A DNA stretch of 52,199 bases from Clostridia bacterium (GTDB taxonomy: Bacteria; Bacillota; Clostridia; RGIG6154). Where the stretch lies: NCBI GenBank assembly GCA_045660065.1, contig JAZRDC010000104.1, forward strand, positions 1 through 52,199, written 5' to 3'. Positions 1-9,152 of this stretch are shown here, piece by piece. The notes under the pieces were generated by a model that searched no databases, was not told the DNA's origin, and worked only from the letters and a program-made list of their open reading frames with translations. Position numbers and translations under genes: made by a program. The stretch's first letter is position 1. Each line of letters starts with the position of its first letter.

Positions 1-1
1 C

Positions 2-625
2 GATACGATAAAAGATTTTAAATACAAACTTGATGAATGTAAGAAATTTTCTGGTGTTTTGGGCATAAGACCTTTCAGATGGTATTATTATTTTATGAAT
101 GCCGAAATAGTTGCTTTGGGAAGACTGCAGTTTAACAAGAAAAAGTTTCTTTCAGATACATATTACAAGTGGAATGATATTACAATCACACCTGAAGACA
201 CAATTATTAATATGCATATTCCATCTTCGGGGCCTTTCACACGGGAAATGCGATTTGATTCATACAAAAGAGCTTTTGATTTCTTTGGTAAAACAAAAGG
301 TGAGTATATAGTCTTTATTTGTTCAAGTTGGCTCATATATGAAGGGTACAGAGAGATTTACCCTGAAGGTTCAAATATGGCGGATTTTATGGACGATTTT
401 GATATTATAAGAAATGACGATGTGACGGAAAAAACATTTCCAAATTCACTTTCGGTGTTTGGTATGGAATATAAAGGTGATACAAGCAAGTTCCCGACCG
501 ATACAACACTTCAGAAGAACTTTGTAAAGTATTTAAATGAAGGTAAGAGATGCGGGTACGGTCACGGCATTATAATATTTGACGGAGAAAAAATAGTAAA
601 TAATAAAAGAGATGCTGTGAATTAA
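2..625 (+). CDS. Acyltransferase domain-containing protein (DUF5596 / GNAT-like C-terminal domain), 5'-truncated by the window edge
   Basis: Frame is open from position 2 (DTIKDFKYKLDECKK...). Motifs LGRLQF, NMHIPSSGP, FICSSWL and SNMxxF resemble this family. Confidence 0.6.
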   Translation, partial: DTIKDFKYKLDECKKFSGVLGIRPFRWYYYFMNAEIVALGRLQFNKKKFLSDTYYKWNDITITPEDTIINMHIPSSGPFTREMRFDSYKRAFDFFGKTKGEYIVFICSSWLIYEGYREIYPEGSNMADFMDDFDIIRNDDVTEKTFPNSLSVFGMEYKGDTSKFPTDTTLQKNFVKYLNEGKRCGYGHGIIIFDGEKIVNNKRDAVN

Positions 626-640
626 TCACAGCATCTTTTG
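606..640 (+). terminator. Rho-independent terminator
   Basis: Inverted repeat AGATGCTGTGA-attaa-TCACAGCATCT followed by T residues, overlapping the stop codon. Confidence 0.75.
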
Positions 641-681
641 TATAAACAAAATCCTTCTGAATTAACTAAGGGGTTTATTAT

Positions 682-710
682 TTGACAAAATCAGACTTTT
701 GTGATAAAAT
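682..710 (+). promoter_or_regulatory. SigA-type promoter for XRE-truA
   Basis: TTGACA (682-687), 17 bp spacer, TG-n-TAAAAT (705-710). Confidence 0.7.
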
Positions 711-746
711 AAAGATGATTTAATTTTTAGAAAAGAAGGTTTTGCT

Positions 747-1064
747 TTGAGTAACGAAATAGCACTTAATGATGACAGAAAAATATTGGTTGAAAGCATG
801 GTAAAAGATTTGCCTTCAATAAGAAAGCAACTGAAATTATCACAGACCGAACTTGGTGAAAGACTCGGTAAAAAAAGACAGACAATTTCATCGATAGAAC
901 GCGGTGTTATGCCGCTTAAATGGGATACATTTCTGGCGATTATGATTTTGATTGAACAGAACAAAGATTTAATAATCAACAAAAATATTGAGTTTTATCA
1001 AAACGGTGTAAAAAAGGAAATGTATGTAGAAATATACAGAGGAAAGAAAATTGAACAATTATAA
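747..1064 (+). CDS. XRE-family helix-turn-helix protein
   Basis: IRKQLKLSQTELGERLGKKRQTISSIERG is a Cro/C1-type HTH. TTG start after GAAGG. Confidence 0.85.
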   Translation: MSNEIALNDDRKILVESMVKDLPSIRKQLKLSQTELGERLGKKRQTISSIERGVMPLKWDTFLAIMILIEQNKDLIINKNIEFYQNGVKKEMYVEIYRGKKIEQL

Positions 1065-1788
1065 AATTCTGACAGAGTATGTAGGTTCAAAATTCAACGG
1101 TTGGCAAAAACAAGGAAATACAAAAAACACCATTCAGGAAAAGTTTGAAAATATTTTGTTTGAACTAACGGGTGAAAATATCGAAATACACGCATCAGGA
1201 AGAACTGATGCAGGGGTTCACGCAAAAGGTCAGATTGCGAATTTTAAAACTGAAAAAGAATATTCTTGCGAATACTTAAAAAACTATTTTAACAAATATC
1301 TTCCTAATGACATAAGAGTTATTTTAGTTGAAAAAGTTCAGGAAAGGTTTCACGCAAGACTGAATGCAAAGAAAAAAACCTATGAGTACAAAATAGCAAA
1401 TGTGGAAAAACCATCGGTGTTTGAGCATAAATTTTGTTGTTATATCGAAGAAAATTTAAATATTGATGAAATGAGAAAAGCATCAGAACTTCTTCTTGGT
1501 AAGCATGATTTTAAAGCCTTTTGTTCAAATAAAAGATATAAGAAATCAACTGTAAGAGAGATTTTTGATATTAATATAACCGAAACTGACAGTATGATTT
1601 TAATAAAAATATGCGGAAACGGATTTTTGCATAATATGGTAAGAATTATTGTTGGTACTTTGGTTGAAGTCGGTTTGGGTAAAATAAAGGCTGAAAGTAT
1701 ACCCCAAATTTTAAAATCGCAAGTTCGTGAAAATGCAGGATATACTATGCCACCGCAAGGTCTTACACTTTTAAATGTTGAATATTAA
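1051..1788 (+). CDS. truA: tRNA pseudouridine(38-40) synthase
   Basis: Y-x-GSKFNGWQ, GRTDAGVHA catalytic Asp motif, FLHNMVRIIVG, PPQGL. Confidence 0.95.
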   Translation: MNNYKILTEYVGSKFNGWQKQGNTKNTIQEKFENILFELTGENIEIHASGRTDAGVHAKGQIANFKTEKEYSCEYLKNYFNKYLPNDIRVILVEKVQERFHARLNAKKKTYEYKIANVEKPSVFEHKFCCYIEENLNIDEMRKASELLLGKHDFKAFCSNKRYKKSTVREIFDINITETDSMILIKICGNGFLHNMVRIIVGTLVEVGLGKIKAESIPQILKSQVRENAGYTMPPQGLTLLNVEY

Positions 1789-1820
1789 AACTGAGTTGTT
1801 AAAAAACAACTCAGTTTTTT
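1787..1820. terminator. Bidirectional terminator between convergent truA and GH3
   Basis: AAAACTGAGTTGTT-aaaa-AACAACTCAGTTTT with A and T tails. Confidence 0.8.
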
Positions 1821-1825
1821 CTTTT

Positions 1826-3412
1826 TTATTGTAATTCAATTTCAAATGGCAATTTGCCTTTTGCTTCAACAGTTCCTTTTAAAACATCAATTGCGTGTTG
1901 CTGCGATTCAGGGATGTGGTATCCGAAAAGAACTCTGTTTACATGGGAAATGTTCTTAAGAGCGTGGGGATTACCGAAATGTAAAACTGCAGAAACCTTT
2001 TTAGAATTTATAAGTGAATTTAAGACTGCTTCTGTACGGCGAGTGAGTGCGTCTGTGCCAAGATATGCCGCAGTATTGCAGAAAGTGATAAAAATAACTT
2101 CTTTATGTTCAGTTGCAGCCAATAAAACTTTTTCATTATCTTTCGCCTGAGAAAATTCAGGTAAGAACACAATATCTGATTTTGGAAAAACTTCCTTGAT
2201 TTTATCTGCAACTCTTTGTGCACTGTACCAGGCACCAAAAGTAACTTCTTCACCAATTTCGTTAACTGCAGAACTTTCTTTTAAAACAACAAAAAGTTTA
2301 TCTTCATCATTTCCGCCTAAAGATGCACCAATGCCTTCATCACAAACTGCGGTGATGCAGTCTCTGGCAACATTTTTAAGAGTTTCTTCGTCTTCGGTGG
2401 TAAATGGGGTAGGGTTTTGTGGCTTTGAACCAACAAATTCCTGAGCCTTTAAAACTCTTTGCACTGCTTCATTTAAGCGTTCTTCGGTAAACATTCCGTC
2501 TTTGTAGTTTTGCATCAACATATTATAAACATCTTTAACAGAAGTGCGATAGTTAGGCAAGATGTTGTCAATACCTGCCGCTATTGCCATACCATAAATA
2601 TTTTCTTCACCGTAGCGTTGCAGAATTGCCATCATAGCAAAAGAGTCTGTGAACAAAAGTCCGTCAAAACCTATATCTTTTCTTAAAATATCAACGACCT
2701 TTTTAGAAAGCGATGCAGGAAATTCAGGGTCAATGTTAGGGTAAACACCATGACCTATCATAACCGTTGGTAAAAGACCTTTGGATAAAAGATACTTATA
2801 AGGAATAAGCGAACTTTCCAACAAATCTTCCTTTGTAGAATAACAAGGGCAGTCGGTCATATGACCGTCCAACGGGAAAGGTTTACGATTTGTGGGGGCG
2901 GGTTTACTGCTGCCGGGGAAATGCTTTCCGCAGGAAAGGTATCCGTTGTCTTTATAAACCTGCGCAATAATTTCAGCAGCCTTGGAAACGTCCTTTGCGT
3001 TGTCTGCAAATTTTCTGTGGACAGAACAAGGAGCGTCCCCGTTCATAATGTCAATCACAGGTCCCCATGTAGCATTAAAACCTGCCTTTTTTCCATCACG
3101 GACAATGCCTTTTGCAAAGGCTTCGTAGTATTCCTTTTTTCCAGCCGCCGCAAGTGAAATAAGCGGAATTTTTGGCAAGTCAGAAGTAGGAAATCCTGAT
3201 TCTGTGTCGTTTACAACGATTATAGGATAGTCTGCAACTGACAGAATATCTTCTATGATTTCAGGATTATATGCAGGTAATTGAATTGAACCTAACGCGC
3301 GTTTTTTAATAAGTTCTTTAATGAACTCTACATCATCGGGACGGAATCGCCTTGCACACAAAACCATACCGATTTTTTGTTCTAAAGTCATAGATTCAGC
3401 ATTTAAAACCAT
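1826..3412 (-). CDS. Glycoside hydrolase family 3 (NagZ-like N-terminal domain plus C-terminal domain), cytoplasmic
   Basis: MTLEQKIG, PVIDI, KHFPG...DGH, GFDGLLFTDSFAM, ERLNEAVQRV, FGNP, AKGKLP. Start moved to ATG 3412 behind AGGGGTG. No signal peptide. Confidence 0.85.
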   Translation of the reverse strand: MVLNAESMTLEQKIGMVLCARRFRPDDVEFIKELIKKRALGSIQLPAYNPEIIEDILSVADYPIIVVNDTESGFPTSDLPKIPLISLAAAGKKEYYEAFAKGIVRDGKKAGFNATWGPVIDIMNGDAPCSVHRKFADNAKDVSKAAEIIAQVYKDNGYLSCGKHFPGSSKPAPTNRKPFPLDGHMTDCPCYSTKEDLLESSLIPYKYLLSKGLLPTVMIGHGVYPNIDPEFPASLSKKVVDILRKDIGFDGLLFTDSFAMMAILQRYGEENIYGMAIAAGIDNILPNYRTSVKDVYNMLMQNYKDGMFTEERLNEAVQRVLKAQEFVGSKPQNPTPFTTEDEETLKNVARDCITAVCDEGIGASLGGNDEDKLFVVLKESSAVNEIGEEVTFGAWYSAQRVADKIKEVFPKSDIVFLPEFSQAKDNEKVLLAATEHKEVIFITFCNTAAYLGTDALTRRTEAVLNSLINSKKVSAVLHFGNPHALKNISHVNRVLFGYHIPESQQHAIDVLKGTVEAKGKLPFEIELQ

Positions 3413-3534
3413 TATAACACCCCTTGAAAAATAGTATTGTTTTATTTTCATTTTCATTATATAATATAAAAGTACAATAAATCAACAACAATATTGGTGT
3501 ATTTTTGTATTATATTGACAAATGGAGTGTTTTT

Positions 3535-4410
3535 ATGAATAATATAAAGTATGAACATCATTCAGAAAATAATTATCTTGGATACTATTGTCCATTTAAA
3601 ATAAAGTTTTTGAAAAACTCAAAAAATTCAACAACCAACTGGCATAAAAACCTCGAAATCATATATGTTTCAGAGGGTGAGGGAATACTGCAGAATGACG
3701 GAAAAAGTTATTCTATGAAAAAAGGTGATATTTTTATTATAAACCCCGAAACCGTGCATCATATTTTAAGCGAAAGTGGCATAGATTTTTATTTTATTAT
3801 AATTGATGATGATTTTTGTATCCAGAATGGAATCAGCACAGGTAATTATAAATTTGATACCTGTATTGATAATATAGCAACAAAGGAAAAATTTTTAAAA
3901 GTAATTAAAGAAACAGAAATGTATACAGAAAATTACACCGACCTTTCACCTGCAAAGGTGAGAAATGCTGTGCTTGATTTAATTTTGGATATTTGCCTGA
4001 ATCATTCTTCGAAAAAGGCAGATGACAGAGAAAAAGTTGCAGTTGACTATGTTAAAAAGTCTTTGGAATACATAAAAGACAATTTTAAAAATGATGTAAC
4101 TTTAGAAGAAATTGCCGAATATGCGGGAATAAACAAATTTTATTTAACAAGAGAGTTTAAAAAATTTACAAATCAGACTGTCTTTTTCTGCATTAACAGT
4201 TTAAGGTGTAAAAATGCAGAAAGCCTTTTGCAAAAAGGTGCAACAATAACAGAAGCAGCGATGGATAGCGGATTTGAAAGCGTTTCATATTTTTCAAGAA
4301 CATATAAAAAAATAAGAGGATATTCACCATCGGAATATAAAGAAAACAATAAAGACAGTATTTTAAAAAACAAAAAATTATATGTAGAAGAAAACTGGAT
4401 AGACTCGTAA
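3535..4410 (+). CDS. AraC-family regulator with cupin sensor domain
   Basis: NWHKNLEIIYV...H cupin and C-terminal GFESVSYFSRTYKKIRGYSP. ATG 3535 after GGAG. Divergent from GH3. Confidence 0.9.
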   Translation: MNNIKYEHHSENNYLGYYCPFKIKFLKNSKNSTTNWHKNLEIIYVSEGEGILQNDGKSYSMKKGDIFIINPETVHHILSESGIDFYFIIIDDDFCIQNGISTGNYKFDTCIDNIATKEKFLKVIKETEMYTENYTDLSPAKVRNAVLDLILDICLNHSSKKADDREKVAVDYVKKSLEYIKDNFKNDVTLEEIAEYAGINKFYLTREFKKFTNQTVFFCINSLRCKNAESLLQKGATITEAAMDSGFESVSYFSRTYKKIRGYSPSEYKENNKDSILKNKKLYVEENWIDS

Positions 4411-4437
4411 AAAAAGAGGCGTTAAGCCTCTTTTTTC
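4411..4437. terminator. Bidirectional terminator between convergent AraC genes
   Basis: AAAAAGAGGC-gttaa-GCCTCTTTTT. Confidence 0.75.
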
Positions 4438-5180
4438 AATTTGTATGCTTTAGGTGATTTTAAAAAATGCTTTTTAAACAATCGACTGAAATAGTAAACA
4501 TCAGAAAAACCGCAAAGAGAAGCGGTTTCACTCACACTCAAATTCCCCTGCTGAAGAATAGAAACCGCCATATTAAGGCGCAAGTATATTATATATTGAT
4601 TAGGCGGCATTCCGTAAATTTTCTTAAAAAGATTTCGGAAGTGTTTTGTGCTTAATTCCAGATTTCCCGCTAAGTCGGCAACATTTATATCTTCGGTAAA
4701 ATGCTCGGATATGTATTGATGTGCGTCGGCGATTTTAAGTTTTGTATCACTTGTAAGATAGTTTTGATTTTCTTTTTCTGTAATAAGTGAAATTATCTCG
4801 TAAATAATTGACATAGCACGGTAGTAATTGCTTTCAATCTGCAGGGCTTTGCACTTTTGCAGTTTTCTGAAAAGATTTAAAAATCTTGGATCTGAACTGC
4901 AATCAATAATCTGGGTCGGGATATCACATGGGGCAGAAAAATTTACGCTGAGAGCGATACCTTGTTCTTTTGTGGTAACTGTATAAGTGTCTTTTTTGTT
5001 CAAAAAGAATAAAGTGTCTTTTTTAACTGAAAGTGTGTTGCCTGAAAAATTATGGTCATAGTGTCCGCTTGCCTGATAGGAAAGACAATGATACGCGCGT
5101 GGTACAGGAACTTCCCAGTAATTTCGGTCTGTTTTGTATGTGTATATTGATGAAATATAATCTACATTTATATTGCCCAT
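4422..5180 (-). CDS. AraC-family regulator
   Basis: C-terminal GFSDVYYFSRLFKKHFLKSP. ATG 5180 after GAGGTG. Divergent from the glycyl radical enzyme. Confidence 0.9.
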   Translation of the reverse strand: MGNINVDYISSIYTYKTDRNYWEVPVPRAYHCLSYQASGHYDHNFSGNTLSVKKDTLFFLNKKDTYTVTTKEQGIALSVNFSAPCDIPTQIIDCSSDPRFLNLFRKLQKCKALQIESNYYRAMSIIYEIISLITEKENQNYLTSDTKLKIADAHQYISEHFTEDINVADLAGNLELSTKHFRNLFKKIYGMPPNQYIIYLRLNMAVSILQQGNLSVSETASLCGFSDVYYFSRLFKKHFLKSPKAYKLKKEA

Positions 5181-5321
5181 TTGGCTCACCTCTTGATAAG
5201 ATTATATATTATGCTCAGAAAAAAATCAATATATTATGTTCCTTTTTGTGCAAAAAATGCGGTTTGTATATTTTATTTTTAAAGCAGTTTACTATAATAA
5301 AATTGAAAAGGGGAGATTTGA

Positions 5322-7532
5322 ATGAATAAATATGATAATATCCGCAAAACTTTAAAAGATTTTTATTTTGGACCTTTAACTGAAAAAGCAAGTAATATAA
5401 AAGAAGAAGTTTATAAAAAAATGGATGAATATGCTGAAAATCACCCTGATGCTACATCATATCATTTAAAATCAAAGTTATACGAAACCATTGTAAATAA
5501 CATAGATCCTGTAATTTTTCCTGATATTCCATACTTTTTTGAGACGAGTGCTTTGGTTTCTTATTCAGACGGAAAATACAATCGTGGAATAACTCACGCC
5601 AACGGTTGGCTTTACGAAAGAAATAATCATTTGTTTATAGATATTGACCCAAAAGCCTATGAGATTTATCACAGTCAGTGGTCGCAACTTTATGTGCAAT
5701 GCGGAACATATACCGATATGCTTCATTTAGGGCTTCCTATGAAAAAACTTTTTAAAGTTGGATTAAAAGGAATTTTGTCAGAACTTGATATGGCAGAAAA
5801 AACCTGCACAACTGATGAAGAAAAAGACTTCATATCTTGTGCAAAAACAGGCATTAATGCCCTTTGGAAAATAGAACAGAAATTTGTTGAAAAGGCAATC
5901 AAAGAGGGGTGCTTTGAACTTGCTGAAATTGCAAAAAAAGTACCATATAATCCACCCGAAACATTCCACGAAGGACTTTGCACAATGGCATTTTTAAGAA
6001 AAGCGTTAGGTGCGTTAGAAGGAATGGGATTTTCTTCTTTCGGCAGAGTTGATGTGCTTTTAGCACCTCTTTATGAAAATGACATTAAAAATGGTGTAAG
6101 TGAAGAAGAATTACTTGATTTAGTTACAAAATTTCTTTTGATTTGGGATTCTGCCCTTGATTTAAGCAAAAAAATGGAAAGAGGATTTGAATATGAAATG
6201 GAAAATTCTCTTACCCTCGGCGGATGCGACGAGCAAGGAAAAGTAGTGTTTAACGGAGTAACAAAACTGTTTTTAAAGGCAAGAGAAAAGGAAACAATAC
6301 TTTATCCTAAAATGATGCTCAGGTATTCTGCTAACTCGCCTAAAGAATATTTAGAACTTATAAGTGAACCTTTGGTGAAAAGCAAAAGTTTCAGTCTTTA
6401 TGAAAATGATGATGCAATTATTCCTGCACTTATAAAATCAGGAATAGACGAAAAAGATGCTTTCGATTACTCCGTTGGCGGATGTTGGGATATACTTCTT
6501 CAGAATGTTGCCATACACAACAGCGGTGAGTATGTAAATATTTTAAGACCTTTTCAGTGGTCAGTTCATAAGGATTTTGAGTCAATGACCAGATCGGGAT
6601 TTGATTTTGAATCTTTGGAAGAAATCAAAACCTTTGAAGAAATTTACCGAAGATATTTAGGTTTTGTAAGAAGAGTTTTGATGTCAAAAGCGTCAATCAT
6701 TTCATATGGCGCTAAACAATGGCACAAGGTAAATCCCGTATGCACAATTTCGGCTCTTATGGAACCTTGTATTCCAAATAAATTAGACGTTACCGCAGGC
6801 GGCGGAAAATATAACAGAGAAACTGCGTATTTTTGTGGATTTGCAGAAAGTGTTGACTCGCTTTTAGCAATTAAAAATCTGTGTTTTGACAAAAAAGTAT
6901 GCACAGTAAAAGAACTGTTTGATGAATGCAGGAATAATTGGCAGAATGAAGTTTTAAGACAAAGAGCACTTCATTCACCTTCTTATGGCGATGGCTCGGA
7001 AGAATCTTCAAAATTCGTTGCAAAGTTTATTGATGATTTGTATGAAATAACAAGAGATTTACCAACATCTCAGCCCGGTGAATACCGACTTGGCTCAAAT
7101 CTTTATACAGAGGTTGTAAGGTGGGGGAAAACTACTCCTGCAATGCCAAATGGCAGACGCGATGGTGATTATCTTGCGCAAGGTTTAAGTCCGTCAAGAT
7201 ATCAAAGACCATACTCGGCGGCAGAATTGTTATACAGTTACCGCTATACGGATATGTCCAAATTTGCAGCAAACGCATCGGTAACAGTTACACTTCCTGC
7301 GGCAAAGTTTGATGTTGAAAAAATGGTGGAATTTTTTAAAGCGGCGGCTACTTGCGGAATTCAGGCACTTCAGCCAAACTGCGTTAATATGGAGGATTTG
7401 ATTGCGGCACAGAAAAATCCCGAAGATTACAAGCATATCATCGTAAGAGTTTGCGGATTTTCAGCACCATTTGTGGCACTTTCAAAAGAGTATCAGGACG
7501 AAATAATTTTAAGAATGGTTTCGGAGGGGTAA
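5322..7532 (+). CDS. Glycyl radical enzyme (PFL-like superfamily), unknown substrate
   Basis: SFGRVD, LTLGG, central Cys loop SVGGCWD, PNGRRDGD-x-LAQGLSP, and C-terminal PEDYKHIIVRVCGFSAPFV glycyl radical loop. Confidence 0.9.
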   Translation: MNKYDNIRKTLKDFYFGPLTEKASNIKEEVYKKMDEYAENHPDATSYHLKSKLYETIVNNIDPVIFPDIPYFFETSALVSYSDGKYNRGITHANGWLYERNNHLFIDIDPKAYEIYHSQWSQLYVQCGTYTDMLHLGLPMKKLFKVGLKGILSELDMAEKTCTTDEEKDFISCAKTGINALWKIEQKFVEKAIKEGCFELAEIAKKVPYNPPETFHEGLCTMAFLRKALGALEGMGFSSFGRVDVLLAPLYENDIKNGVSEEELLDLVTKFLLIWDSALDLSKKMERGFEYEMENSLTLGGCDEQGKVVFNGVTKLFLKAREKETILYPKMMLRYSANSPKEYLELISEPLVKSKSFSLYENDDAIIPALIKSGIDEKDAFDYSVGGCWDILLQNVAIHNSGEYVNILRPFQWSVHKDFESMTRSGFDFESLEEIKTFEEIYRRYLGFVRRVLMSKASIISYGAKQWHKVNPVCTISALMEPCIPNKLDVTAGGGKYNRETAYFCGFAESVDSLLAIKNLCFDKKVCTVKELFDECRNNWQNEVLRQRALHSPSYGDGSEESSKFVAKFIDDLYEITRDLPTSQPGEYRLGSNLYTEVVRWGKTTPAMPNGRRDGDYLAQGLSPSRYQRPYSAAELLYSYRYTDMSKFAANASVTVTLPAAKFDVEKMVEFFKAAATCGIQALQPNCVNMEDLIAAQKNPEDYKHIIVRVCGFSAPFVALSKEYQDEIILRMVSEG

Positions 7533-7534
7533 AT

Positions 7535-8311
7535 ATGGCGCTGAAAATAAGTTATGTGCAAAGTTTTTGCATTGATGACGGGCCCGGGATAAGAACAACG
7601 ATATTTTTATCAGGCTGTCCTTTAAAATGCAGGTGGTGTCATAATCCCGAAACTCAAAGCACAAAACCCACATTGATTTTTGAAAAAAATAAATGTATAA
7701 ATTGTATGCTCTGTAAAGTCTGTCCTGAGGGTGTTCACGAGTTTAAAAGCGAGCATATAATAAACAGAAATTTGTGTGCAGGTTGCAGAAAGTGTGTTGA
7801 AATATGCCCCGCCGAGGCGTTGGATTTATCTGTAAAAGAACTTACCGATAATGCCTTTTATGAAATAGTAAAAAAGCAAAAATTTTCAGGAGGCGGAATA
7901 ACTTTTTCGGGTGGTGAACCCTTGATGCAAGGGGAAGAAATTTTAAGGCTTATAAAAGAAACTGGCATACATACCGCCATAGAAACATCAGGGTACGCCA
8001 ATCCTGAAATTTTCAAAAAAGTTACAGACAAAATTGATTATATTATGTTTGATTTGAAACTTGCAGACGAGCAAGAGCATATAAAATATACGGGAGTTTC
8101 AAATAAATTAATACTTGAAAATCTTGAAAATTTAAGAAAAAGCGGAAAACCTTATGTGCTAAGAACACCACTTATTCCTGGAATAACCGATAGGGAAGAA
8201 AATTTAAAGAAAATAGAAAAAATCGCAAACGGTTATAAGTGGGAAAAACTTCCATATAATACTTTGACACCTACAAAATATGAAAGACTTGGAATTGAAT
8301 ACGAATTATAA
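7535..8311 (+). CDS. Glycyl radical enzyme activase (radical SAM) with ferredoxin-like insert
   Basis: DGPGIRTTIFLSGCPLKCRWCHNPE, two Cys clusters (CINCMLCKVCP, CAGCRKCVEICP), GGITFSGGEP. ATG 7535 after GGAGG. Confidence 0.93.
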   Translation: MALKISYVQSFCIDDGPGIRTTIFLSGCPLKCRWCHNPETQSTKPTLIFEKNKCINCMLCKVCPEGVHEFKSEHIINRNLCAGCRKCVEICPAEALDLSVKELTDNAFYEIVKKQKFSGGGITFSGGEPLMQGEEILRLIKETGIHTAIETSGYANPEIFKKVTDKIDYIMFDLKLADEQEHIKYTGVSNKLILENLENLRKSGKPYVLRTPLIPGITDREENLKKIEKIANGYKWEKLPYNTLTPTKYERLGIEYEL

Positions 8312-8344
8312 AAGTGGATGTAAATTTATTTACATCCACTTTTT
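8310..8344. terminator. Bidirectional terminator (activase / spo0A)
   Basis: AAAAGTGGATGTAAAT-tt-ATTTACATCCACTTTT. Confidence 0.8.
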
Positions 8345-8354
8345 ACATCTCCTT

Positions 8355-9110
8355 TTAACTTGCTTTAAGTTGTAATCTTAATCTGTCTGCAATCATTGCG
8401 ATAAATTCTGAGTTGGTTGGTTTGCCTTTGCCCGATGCAATAGTATAACCGAAAATTCCGTTTAAAATGTCAGTATCGCCTCTATCCCAGGCAACTTCAA
8501 TAGCATGGCGGATAGCGCGTTCAACACGGGAAGCGGTTGTCTGATACTTTTTGGCAACGGTAGGGTATAAAAGTTTGGTGATAGAATTTATAACATCCAT
8601 ATTATCAATAGTCATCATAATTGCTTCTCTTAAATACTGATATCCCTTGATGTGAGCGGGTACACCAACCTCGTGAATAACTTCTGTTACTTTGCTTTCA
8701 AGGTCGGCAAGGGGAGATTTTGCAGAAAATCCATCATTTGATTTTGATTTTTTGAAAATTCCTTTAATTCTTTCAATTATAATTTCGTGTTCAACGGGTT
8801 TTAACATATAGTAACTTGCACCCGCATCGATGGCTTTTGCAATTACTTTGTCTTGTGCTGCGGCAGAAATTACAATGTATTCAGGGTTTTTTGAATACTG
8901 CTTTTCCATAACGCCGATTCCATCGAGTTTTGGCATTACAAGGTCAAGCACCACAACATCGGGCGTGGTGTTTCTGATGTATTCCACTGCTTCTAATCCA
9001 TCTGCTGCAACACCTACAACTTTGATATCTTCGCACTTATCGAAATCTTCTTTTAACTTAAGTGCATATTCTTTGTTATCCTCTGCGATTAAAACTCTGA
9101 TTTTTGACAT
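8355..9110 (-). CDS. spo0A: Sporulation master regulator Spo0A
   Basis: Receiver domain (LDLVMP) plus [34 protein letters not shown] and [13 protein letters not shown]. Confidence 0.97.
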   Translation of the reverse strand: MSKIRVLIAEDNKEYALKLKEDFDKCEDIKVVGVAADGLEAVEYIRNTTPDVVVLDLVMPKLDGIGVMEKQYSKNPEYIVISAAAQDKVIAKAIDAGASYYMLKPVEHEIIIERIKGIFKKSKSNDGFSAKSPLADLESKVTEVIHEVGVPAHIKGYQYLREAIMMTIDNMDVINSITKLLYPTVAKKYQTTASRVERAIRHAIEVAWDRGDTDILNGIFGYTIASGKGKPTNSEFIAMIADRLRLQLKAS

Positions 9111-9152
9111 TTCTTATCTCCATCCTTTATTGGTAATTTTTGGTATATCCAA

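Noticed and set aside
5322-7532. Annotation as pyruvate formate-lyase (pflB) or class III ribonucleotide reductase (RVCG resembles NrdD)
   Set aside because: It lacks the PFL Cys-Cys pair and the NrdD ATP-cone and zinc CxxC motifs, and its activase carries a ferredoxin insert.
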